This document shows, in pieces, positions 9,923-16,998 of a stretch of DNA of 25,776 nt; within the stretch, counting starts at the first letter, position 1; each line of letters opens with the position of its first letter. This DNA comes from an uncultured virus (IMG/VR IMGVR_UViG_3300028025_004073) (taxonomy: Duplodnaviria; Heunggongvirae; Uroviricota; Caudoviricetes). The position numbers and the translations under genes are program-made. Below the pieces are notes generated by a model. It saw only the letters and a program-made list of their open reading frames with translations. It was not told the DNA's origin and ran no database searches. The stretch is taken from the IMG/VR virus record IMGVR_UViG_3300028025_004073; one strand, 5' to 3'.

Positions 9923-10294
9923 ATGGGAAATAAACACAAAGCAAAAGGGACATCGTTTGAAACCCTTATTGTTAACTACCTCAAAGAGCAAGATTTCTGT
10001 AATGCTCGCCGCACAGCCCTTGCTGGGGAGAATGATGCTGGTGACATCCACGGTGTGGTTCAGGCTCGTGAGATACCTGCCAAAGAACTTGCCATTCAGT
10101 GCAAGAATCAGAAGTCATTCAAACTAAGTGAATGGCTCAATGCCACTGTGGAGCAGGCATCTAGATTGACTTGTGGAGTACCTCTATTGGTGGTTAAACG
10201 ACCAGGAAAAGGTGCTGCTGCTGTTGGTGAATCCTATGCAATTATGCCGTTAGAAGACATGCTTAAATTGCTCAAGGATGCTGGTTACGCATAA
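9923..10294 (+). CDS. Holliday junction resolvase-like PD-(D/E)XK nuclease
   Basis: KAKGTSFE..IVNYL, DAGDI, IQCKNQK, PLLVVKRPG: Hjc-like phage resolvase pattern. Confidence 0.8.
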   Translation: MGNKHKAKGTSFETLIVNYLKEQDFCNARRTALAGENDAGDIHGVVQAREIPAKELAIQCKNQKSFKLSEWLNATVEQASRLTCGVPLLVVKRPGKGAAAVGESYAIMPLEDMLKLLKDAGYA

Positions 10295-10295
10295 A

Positions 10296-10304
10296 TGATA
10301 TTAT
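10296..10304 (+). promoter_or_regulatory. Possible extended -10 promoter upstream of the spoVS-like gene
   Basis: TG-A-TATTAT in a 42-nt intergenic gap, followed by AGGAG before ATG 10337. No clear -35. Confidence 0.3.
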
Positions 10305-10336
10305 TGGGACAACTGTTTACCTAACTAGGAGTCAAT

Positions 10337-10627
10337 ATGTCCCAAGAATTGAATACAAAAGTTGAAGATGTCCTGAAAGTATCAGGATCAAGTAACCCCC
10401 AGAGCGTAGGTTCTATCCTTGCCCGTTCTATTGTGGCTGGTCATTTGCCCAAGATTCGGGCTATTGGCGCAAGCGCTGTAAACCAAGCCGCTAAAGCATC
10501 AGCAATCGCACGGGGGTTTGTTGCCCCACGTGGCATTGACTTATCTTTTGTTATTGGCTTTGATGATATTATTGGAGAGAATGGAGAGAATATCTCCGCT
10601 ATTTCCTTCAAACCCGTAGTGAGGTAA
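10337..10627 (+). CDS. spoVS: SpoVS family protein
   Basis: VLKVSGSSNPQSV...RAIGASAVNQAAKASAIARGFVAPRGIDL is close to the SpoVS signature; AGGAG RBS. Confidence 0.9.
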   Translation: MSQELNTKVEDVLKVSGSSNPQSVGSILARSIVAGHLPKIRAIGASAVNQAAKASAIARGFVAPRGIDLSFVIGFDDIIGENGENISAISFKPVVR

Positions 10628-10630
10628 AAC

Positions 10631-11197
10631 ATGGGCTGGTTTAATCGTGATAAGGTGAACGGGATTACACCGTTTGCAAACAGTGGCGCACATCGCCCAC
10701 GAGTAGGTGCAACCCCAGATACTCACACGGTGCGTGACGACAGTGGCAACACTACACAGGCGATGACCCAGCGCCGTGCAGACCGTGATGCTGCATCTGC
10801 ATCAGGACCACACTCTGGTTATATCAACCCAAGTGGTGGTGATGCAATGGGTCCAAAAAAACCTAATATTAAAATTGGTGCTGAATACACCACTTACCAT
10901 GAACCAGGTTCTCCAGAAGGTAAAGCAATCCTTAAGGACAAAAAGAAGACTGCAAAGGCTTTGAAGAACGTAAACAGTCCTAAAGTAATGAATGAATCAC
11001 GAGCAGCCGCAGGTTCATTTGAGGTTGCTAAAGCAGAAGAAACAAAGCGTATGAAAGATAATCGTGCTATTGCTGGTGGAGAAGGAACTCCATTCTCCGA
11101 AAAACCATCTGGCAGTGAAGCCGCATACCTTAAAGGTGGGGCTAAGGCTGAACAAGCCTACCGTCAAGGTGAAAACCGCAAGCGAATGGGAAAGTAA
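10631..11197 (+). CDS. Hypothetical, probably disordered basic protein
   Basis: 188 aa; GAGGT upstream; G/A/K/S-rich; stop overlaps the next start (TAATG). Confidence 0.7.
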   Translation: MGWFNRDKVNGITPFANSGAHRPRVGATPDTHTVRDDSGNTTQAMTQRRADRDAASASGPHSGYINPSGGDAMGPKKPNIKIGAEYTTYHEPGSPEGKAILKDKKKTAKALKNVNSPKVMNESRAAAGSFEVAKAEETKRMKDNRAIAGGEGTPFSEKPSGSEAAYLKGGAKAEQAYRQGENRKRMGK

Positions 11198-11448
11198 TGC
11201 GTAACCGCCCAAGAACTGCTGAAACAATTAAGTACGGTGGTCGTAAGGCTCGCCGCCAAGTTGATCAAGCGCATAATACATCTGCCCCAACAAACACAAC
11301 TGACAAGGCAAGAGAAGCACGTGATGCGTTTGCTAAAACAAACCCAGATATATATGGTGGCTGGCATCCACAAACTAACCCAGATTATTTCCTACAAGGG
11401 ACTCCGCCCCAGTACAGAGAAAATCGTATTTCTGATCTTAATTGGTAA
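11197..11448 (+). CDS. Hypothetical protein (83 aa)
   Basis: TAATG coupling to the upstream gene; Arg-rich N-terminus. Confidence 0.65.
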   Translation: MRNRPRTAETIKYGGRKARRQVDQAHNTSAPTNTTDKAREARDAFAKTNPDIYGGWHPQTNPDYFLQGTPPQYRENRISDLNW

Positions 11449-11468
11449 AACTACCCAAAAGGTAAATA

Positions 11469-11591
11469 ATGGCTGCTAAAAAGAAAAAGACTGCTAAAAA
11501 GAAAGTTGCTCCTAAAAAGGATGCCCCACGCCCTATCACTTCTGCGGCAGGTGCGGCTGGAGGGTTTATTACTAGCATTGGAACTATCTAA
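11469..11591 (+). CDS. 40-aa Lys-rich micro-protein (not in the ORF track)
   Basis: MAAKKKKTAKKKVAPKKDAPRPITSAAGAAGGFITSIGTI*; AAGGT upstream; fills the gap; stop overlaps ATG 11591 (TAATG). Confidence 0.7.
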   Translation: MAAKKKKTAKKKVAPKKDAPRPITSAAGAAGGFITSIGTI

Positions 11592-11803
11592 TGCCTAAAG
11601 GACAAGACACTCGCAATCACCCTAAGCGCCAAGTAGGTCCACAAACTTCTACTGGTGGTAGTGGTACAACCCCACCTAAGAAACCAGGAACTAAGACTGG
11701 TGGGTATGGTGACAACGAACAGCCCCCTAGAAAGCCTTTTGAGTATCAAGAATCATATGATGAATCTCGTGAAAACAGGTACAGTAACGGCTGGTACAAC
11801 TAA
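11591..11803 (+). CDS. MPRG-leader family protein 1 (70 aa)
   Basis: Starts MPKGQDTRNHPKRQVG; TAATG-coupled at both ends. Confidence 0.8.
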   Translation: MPKGQDTRNHPKRQVGPQTSTGGSGTTPPKKPGTKTGGYGDNEQPPRKPFEYQESYDESRENRYSNGWYN

Positions 11804-12303
11804 TGGCTGGGTCTTCACAGACCTCGTTTAACCATTGGCAAGGACCATCTGAAGCCTCTGGTGGTGCAACCCAAAACCAATTTGGTCCTGCTCCTGTTTT
11901 CCGTAACAACAAGGATTACCAACTTGCTGGTTATCGGACTATTTCAGATACCACGTACCCAGATGGATACCTTGGAACAATGTCGTCTAACCGCCGACAA
12001 GACAAGATTCTTGGAACGCTTAGTCGCAATAACGCCCGTCAATATTCTCGTGGTGTCCACAAAGGTGAGCGTATTAACCAAGGCGATTACCTATGGCCTA
12101 ACGAGTTCAATCTTTGGACTGGGATCGCCCATGAGTCACGAGGTCAGAAATTCGCACCCCCAGGCGCAGTGCCTGTACAATTGACTAATGACGGAAAAGT
12201 TGGTCCCAAAGGAATCCCACGGGTTATTGACCAACCTAATCAGGACTATATTGACGCTGAACGCCGTGCCAAACTCCAATCGCTTCGCCCTTCTTGGAGA
12301 TAA
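11803..12303 (+). CDS. Hypothetical protein (166 aa)
   Basis: TAATG coupling; contains YPDGYLGT and RGVHKGERI..YLWP segments; no function assignable. Confidence 0.75.
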   Translation: MAGSSQTSFNHWQGPSEASGGATQNQFGPAPVFRNNKDYQLAGYRTISDTTYPDGYLGTMSSNRRQDKILGTLSRNNARQYSRGVHKGERINQGDYLWPNEFNLWTGIAHESRGQKFAPPGAVPVQLTNDGKVGPKGIPRVIDQPNQDYIDAERRAKLQSLRPSWR

Positions 12304-12306
12304 GTA

Positions 12307-12846
12307 ATGGCTGCTAAGAAAAAGAATGGTCAACCACGGGCTAAAAAAGGTGATCCACATGCTGCTTATTGGACTCCTGAAAGAACAGAAGAATTTAGTA
12401 TAAGACAACGCCAAGAAAATGCATGGCTGATGGCAGAAGAATTAAAAAGCCAAGCGTTTATGGATCATCCAAATTTTGCTGAATTACATAATCAAATCCA
12501 CACAGAAGATAGGAATAGAGATCCTGAACACCATAATGCGCTATTGGGACAATATGAAAATCTTAAATCTCAAATAGAAAAAGAACGTAGTATTCCAGAA
12601 GGGCATTTTGAAGAACAGGCTCTTAATAAAGCAACAGATATTGCAAACCAGTTTGAAGAACAGGGTGTTAAAGGTCCTATTAATTTTCAAACATTAAGAG
12701 GAAATGGAAGATGGAACTTTGATGAAGTTTCTCCAGGAAAATACGTTCCAACAGGGAGACTTGCTGAAAGCATTAGTAAACCCAGTAAACCTCATATTTC
12801 TGCTCAACAATTTCCTGTATTTCAACAACCATCTTTATTTGACTAA
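12307..12846 (+). CDS. Hypothetical protein with MAAKKK N-terminus and QPSLFD C-terminus (179 aa)
   Basis: Starts 3 nt after the upstream stop; visibly more AT-rich than its neighbours. Confidence 0.75.
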   Translation: MAAKKKNGQPRAKKGDPHAAYWTPERTEEFSIRQRQENAWLMAEELKSQAFMDHPNFAELHNQIHTEDRNRDPEHHNALLGQYENLKSQIEKERSIPEGHFEEQALNKATDIANQFEEQGVKGPINFQTLRGNGRWNFDEVSPGKYVPTGRLAESISKPSKPHISAQQFPVFQQPSLFD

Positions 12847-12854
12847 GGCTGTAT

Positions 12855-15155
12855 ATGGCTAAGAAAAAGAAAAATAACCCACTAGAAGGTCTTCAACGAT
12901 TTGATGTCGCCCCTAATTATGTACCAGAGATAAACAAAATCTTAGGTATGCGTCACCGCTTGGCTGGTGCATCACATGATAAATATTGGAAATCAAGAGG
13001 GCATGGTGAAGAAGACATGCTTAAAACAAAATGGGACAGACGAGCCGACTACCTAGAAAAGGGATTAGTAACACCATATCAATGGGGTACGTTTAGTTCT
13101 GGAAGAAGAGGTCCAATTGACGAGGAAGGAAACATTATTAAATATAATGTTGACGAAAAAGGAAACAGAACAACTCCTGTTGACCCTAATCAATGGCCTG
13201 ATGATTACTACAGTTATGGACTAGAAGCACATCCTGATTACCAACCAGGTTTTGAACTGCATGGTCCAGTTCATGAAGGTGGGGAAATACCAGACTGGAT
13301 AGGAAACGCCGTTCATCCTTATCGCACTGGATTTCCTAAGCCTCCACCAACTACACCATTGTATGAACCTAAACCTACAAAGGCTGGTGCAAAAGAAACT
13401 CAAAAAAGGGAAGAAAACCGACTAAAAGTAAAAGAAACATACGAAAGTTCTAGAGATTCACTTCTCAATACTTCTAATAAAACTGGTAAAGTAGAAGAAC
13501 CTGCATTACCCCAAGCATCGGAGAAGCCAGTGGCTAAGAAAAAGAAAAGCGAATCAGAATACGTTCCTTCACAAAGTGAAAAGGATTTTGCCGCAGGCCG
13601 AATGCCTGGCATTACTGGAACTGAAGCAGAAGCCGCAGCAGCGCTTGATAAAGCACGTAAATCAAACACTCGCAGAGCAACTGGTAAGGCTAGAGAAAAA
13701 CTTCAAGCAGAAATTGAAGCACATCCTGACTTCCGTGGGACTAGAGAAGTTTCTGACGCTGAGTCAGATGCCCCTGCTCCAAAGGGTAAGGGTAAGGGTA
13801 AAAAGAAGCCTTCCGCTCCTGCTGTTGGCTCACCAGAGGCAGTTGAAGCAGAACTTGCTACAGGTCGTTCTGCTCAACGTGAGAAGCCACGACCACCAGA
13901 AGAACCAAAGAAGACCGCAGTAGAACAGTACATGGCAGATATTAACGACCCAGAAAAAACTGCACAGAAGAAGGCTGAAATTGATGCTGCAATGGCAGCA
14001 CCTGCCGAAACTAAAAAGAAGCGCAACTTTCCAAACGTCAATAATAAGCCAACTGCGGCAGAAACTGCTGCTGAGACTGATGCACCTGACAAAAAGAAGC
14101 CAGGTTATTACCGAGAAAAGTACGGCGCACTTCTTGATTCAATGACACCAGAAGAAAAAGCAATGAGCGAAGCAGGAATGGCTGCTGTTAGGGATAAAGA
14201 AGAAGCAGCACTGGATGCTGATGCCTACGGAGATGAGGTCGGTGTAATTCGCTTTGGCTCTGATGCTGAAGATGCTTCTTCTTCTTCAGATCCAAATTGG
14301 GAATACTGGAAAAAACCAGCAGGTGATGGTAAAAAGTTCATTCTTAACACTGATAAGAGTGGAACCAGTGAACCTGTTTACGGAACAGCGTCAGAGGCTA
14401 AGGCAAACGCAGAGCGTATTCGTCAAATTCGTACTGCTCGTGAAGGCGGAACAATGCGGACTTCGGAGAGTGCTCCACGCCCTGCTGATGGGAACTTCTA
14501 TGATTGGGGTTCGGAAACAGAACCAACTCCTGCATCACCTGCTTCACCATCAAGACCAGGTTTAGGTGGTCGTATGCGTACGTTCTTTGGTGGTGGAAGA
14601 GGTGGTCGTGCTGGAGGTACGCCAACTCCTGCAACTAACACACCAATGACACCCCCATCGGTATCAGGTGGTGGAAAACCAAGTGCAATGCCAGCACCAG
14701 CAGGTCCAAGTTCTTCAGCGCCTGCTCCATCTGCTCCATCAAGTCGTTCTGGTTCGTTCTATAACATTTCAGGACCAGTTACTTTTGGTGATCAAACAAA
14801 CCTTGGTCGTGGTGATTTTGGTGGTGGCAACGGCGGTGGAATCAATGTTAATAACAGCGCAAACATAAACTTTGCCCCACAAGTAATTGGTGAATCCACA
14901 TTCGGAAACATCACTGGTGGAACTGTTAACACTACTCCAACAGTGGCGAGCACTGCTGGTCGTGCAACATCAACAAACAGGGGAGCAACCGTTCTTTCAA
15001 CGGGTGGCCCTGCAAGTTCTGGTCAGCCTTCACACCCACGTGCAAGGAATGCACAGAGTGCAGGTCGCCCAACAACAAACAATGCAGCACCTGCTTCTGC
15101 ACCAGCACCAGCACCTGCTTCTCAACCAAAAAACCCACGTAGAAAGAAGCCATAA
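12855..15155 (+). CDS. Large low-complexity, probably disordered protein (766 aa)
   Basis: 2.3-kb open frame; K/E/A/P-rich middle and P/S/G/T/N-rich C-terminus; contains TFGDQTNLGRGDFGGG. Confidence 0.85.
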   Translation: MAKKKKNNPLEGLQRFDVAPNYVPEINKILGMRHRLAGASHDKYWKSRGHGEEDMLKTKWDRRADYLEKGLVTPYQWGTFSSGRRGPIDEEGNIIKYNVDEKGNRTTPVDPNQWPDDYYSYGLEAHPDYQPGFELHGPVHEGGEIPDWIGNAVHPYRTGFPKPPPTTPLYEPKPTKAGAKETQKREENRLKVKETYESSRDSLLNTSNKTGKVEEPALPQASEKPVAKKKKSESEYVPSQSEKDFAAGRMPGITGTEAEAAAALDKARKSNTRRATGKAREKLQAEIEAHPDFRGTREVSDAESDAPAPKGKGKGKKKPSAPAVGSPEAVEAELATGRSAQREKPRPPEEPKKTAVEQYMADINDPEKTAQKKAEIDAAMAAPAETKKKRNFPNVNNKPTAAETAAETDAPDKKKPGYYREKYGALLDSMTPEEKAMSEAGMAAVRDKEEAALDADAYGDEVGVIRFGSDAEDASSSSDPNWEYWKKPAGDGKKFILNTDKSGTSEPVYGTASEAKANAERIRQIRTAREGGTMRTSESAPRPADGNFYDWGSETEPTPASPASPSRPGLGGRMRTFFGGGRGGRAGGTPTPATNTPMTPPSVSGGGKPSAMPAPAGPSSSAPAPSAPSSRSGSFYNISGPVTFGDQTNLGRGDFGGGNGGGINVNNSANINFAPQVIGESTFGNITGGTVNTTPTVASTAGRATSTNRGATVLSTGGPASSGQPSHPRARNAQSAGRPTTNNAAPASAPAPAPASQPKNPRRKKP
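14781..14828 (+). repeat. 48-nt dispersed repeat, copy 1 (encodes TFGDQTNLGRGDFGGG)
   Basis: 44/48 identical to 17350-17397; the first 26 nt are identical; all 4 differences are synonymous third positions. Confidence 0.95.
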
Positions 15156-15433
15156 TGCCTAGAGGAGAAAACACAAATAACCACCCTAACCGCAGGGTTG
15201 ATCGTTCAGGATTTGCTGCTAGGTCTTCAGAAAGACTTCCTACTTTTATTGACCGCCAGACATCAGGTTCTGACAAATTCACAAGTCCTGGTAGCGGTGA
15301 CCACCCGTCATACCAAATACCAGAAGGTGAAATTGGGCATCCTGGTGATGTTAAGGGAGCACCACGCCGAAAAGGTACTGGGAACATCCTAATTGACCCA
15401 ATCACAAACACGTGGTCAAACACACCACAATAA
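15155..15433 (+). CDS. MPRG-leader family protein 2 (92 aa)
   Basis: Starts MPRGENTNNHPNRRVDRSGFAARSSE; TAATG-coupled. Confidence 0.8.
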   Translation: MPRGENTNNHPNRRVDRSGFAARSSERLPTFIDRQTSGSDKFTSPGSGDHPSYQIPEGEIGHPGDVKGAPRRKGTGNILIDPITNTWSNTPQ

Positions 15434-15444
15434 AGGAATAGTTT

Positions 15445-15753
15445 ATGCCTAGAGGTGAAGATACACGCCATCACGGTGCTCGCATCGTAAGTCTTGATGC
15501 ACATCGTGCTAAAAAGGCAAAGCCTTCAATGATGTCACGCATTAAAGATGCATTGATTGGGCCTCCAGGAAATCCTGACTTGGATGACCCAAACACGCCT
15601 GAGTACACAGGTCAAGAAGCCCGTTTGTCTGATATTGCCCCTCGCAACCTTATTGATAAGGCTAAGGGTGGTACTGGACAGGTAGAAAAGAAACCTTTAT
15701 TCTCTTGGGATGAAAACAACAATCCATCCTTTAGAGGAAAGCCAATTAAGTAG
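15445..15753 (+). CDS. MPRG-leader family protein 3 (102 aa)
   Basis: Starts MPRGEDTRHHGARIVSL; AAAGGA upstream. Confidence 0.8.
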   Translation: MPRGEDTRHHGARIVSLDAHRAKKAKPSMMSRIKDALIGPPGNPDLDDPNTPEYTGQEARLSDIAPRNLIDKAKGGTGQVEKKPLFSWDENNNPSFRGKPIK

Positions 15754-15775
15754 TAATTAGAGAAACGAGAAAATC

Positions 15776-16114
15776 ATGGCACATGACCACAGAATGAACC
15801 CAATATCAGACCCTTTTCTTACTGCTAAAGCACGTTTAGCAGAAGATGCAAAAGCAGGAATGCTAAGACGTAAAAATGGTGTTGGTCGTTATGGCGCATC
15901 AGGGTCAGTTGGTCAACGAGGTATGGACAAATATATGGAAGACCTCAAGCGAGAAACAGCAGATCTGGGTTTTGATCCTGAAAATATGGAACATTTAGGT
16001 GGAGTACATCGTGTGTATGCGGCACATTTACCTATCCAAGATAGGCACTACCTCACAGGAAACATGGGTTTACCTGAAACAACTTCACCAGACGCTTTTG
16101 ATTTTTTAAAATAG
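15776..16114 (+). CDS. Hypothetical protein (112 aa)
   Basis: Fills the gap between two leader-family genes; lacks the leader. Confidence 0.7.
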   Translation: MAHDHRMNPISDPFLTAKARLAEDAKAGMLRRKNGVGRYGASGSVGQRGMDKYMEDLKRETADLGFDPENMEHLGGVHRVYAAHLPIQDRHYLTGNMGLPETTSPDAFDFLK

Positions 16115-16119
16115 TCGTA

Positions 16120-16386
16120 ATGCCTAGAGGACAAGACACTCGTTTTCACATGGGTCGCCAGGTTGGGCGTGATGTTATGGACATGCATAACGAGATAAAA
16201 GAAATGCAAATGGAATCTCGTGAGCGTCAGGCTAGAAAACATACGCAAAATGATGAAGAATTTGAAGCGTATTTGGATGCTTACGGAAACGATGGTGTTG
16301 CTAAATCAAATGATGAACAATACCATCCTGAAGCACCTGAAAACTGGTCAAGTTATGACCCTAACTTTTACCCACCAGAGCACTAA
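16120..16386 (+). CDS. MPRG-leader family protein 4 (88 aa, acidic body)
   Basis: Starts MPRGQDTRFHMGRQVG; first 23 nt are 22/23 identical to the start of the 11591 ORF. Confidence 0.8.
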   Translation: MPRGQDTRFHMGRQVGRDVMDMHNEIKEMQMESRERQARKHTQNDEEFEAYLDAYGNDGVAKSNDEQYHPEAPENWSSYDPNFYPPEH

Positions 16387-16396
16387 GGAAGCAATT

Positions 16397-16669
16397 ATGG
16401 CTAATGGAGAATCCACAGAACATCACCCAAATCGCAGAGTTGACCGTGCAGGATGTGCTGCTAGGTCTTTAGAGTCTTCAGGGTCTTCAGGTTTGTTTGG
16501 TTATAGAGACAAGTTTAATGATGCACTTTCTATGCACATGTCTGGTGATTCCAGTGATTATGAAGCACTCCTTAAATCAGAAGGTTATCTAACTCCTAGT
16601 GGAAAAGTTACTGGAGCAGGTAGGACAAACCCTATGGCTAGAAATAGTTTGAATTGGGATACCGAATAA
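16397..16669 (+). CDS. MPRG-leader family protein 5 (90 aa; start revised from 16220)
   Basis: AAGGA then ATG 16397; starts MANGESTEHHPNRRVDRAGCAARSLE, paralogous to the N-terminus of the 15155 ORF. Confidence 0.8.
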   Translation: MANGESTEHHPNRRVDRAGCAARSLESSGSSGLFGYRDKFNDALSMHMSGDSSDYEALLKSEGYLTPSGKVTGAGRTNPMARNSLNWDTE

Positions 16670-16992
16670 TGCCTACTGTAGATAACCACAGAAACACACG
16701 CCCGTGGCAGTCTCGTGAAGAGATGTTGACTGATATTGCGTTGCAATCAGCCATTTCTGACCCAGAAACTATTCGTGCTACTCGCCCTGTTGTACCACAG
16801 CAAGCATTCCCAGAAAGTCGTGGGTTTTTAAAGCAAGAACTTGGGATTGTGGACATTTTGTCAGTGGATCGTTGGACACCACAATACCGTTCATGGGTTT
16901 CAGGTGCTCCTGTGATGTTCCAAAGAGCACAAATGAACGATGATGAGTTTAGTGGTTCTGGGCGATACTCAATGCAAAGTCTTTGGGTATAA
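16669..16992 (+). CDS. Hypothetical protein (107 aa; start revised from 16654)
   Basis: TAATG overlap at 16667-16671; starts MPTVDNHRNTRPWQS. Confidence 0.75.
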   Translation: MPTVDNHRNTRPWQSREEMLTDIALQSAISDPETIRATRPVVPQQAFPESRGFLKQELGIVDILSVDRWTPQYRSWVSGAPVMFQRAQMNDDEFSGSGRYSMQSLWV

Positions 16993-16998
16993 TTAGAC

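Noticed and set aside
10631..11448. Leader-like fragments HRPRVG and RRQVD, plus MPTVDNH at 16669
   Set aside because: Spacing or position does not fit the invariant G4-T7-H10-R13-V15 pattern; not counted as family members.
16220..16396. Long version (149 aa) of the 16220..16669 ORF
   Set aside because: It overlaps the 16120 gene by 167 nt; ATG 16397 has an RBS and gives a leader-family N-terminus.
11591..16669. RiPP precursor array as the explanation of the shared leader
   Set aside because: No modifying enzyme, peptidase or exporter nearby, and the bodies are long and not core-like. Not excluded if such enzymes lie outside the window.
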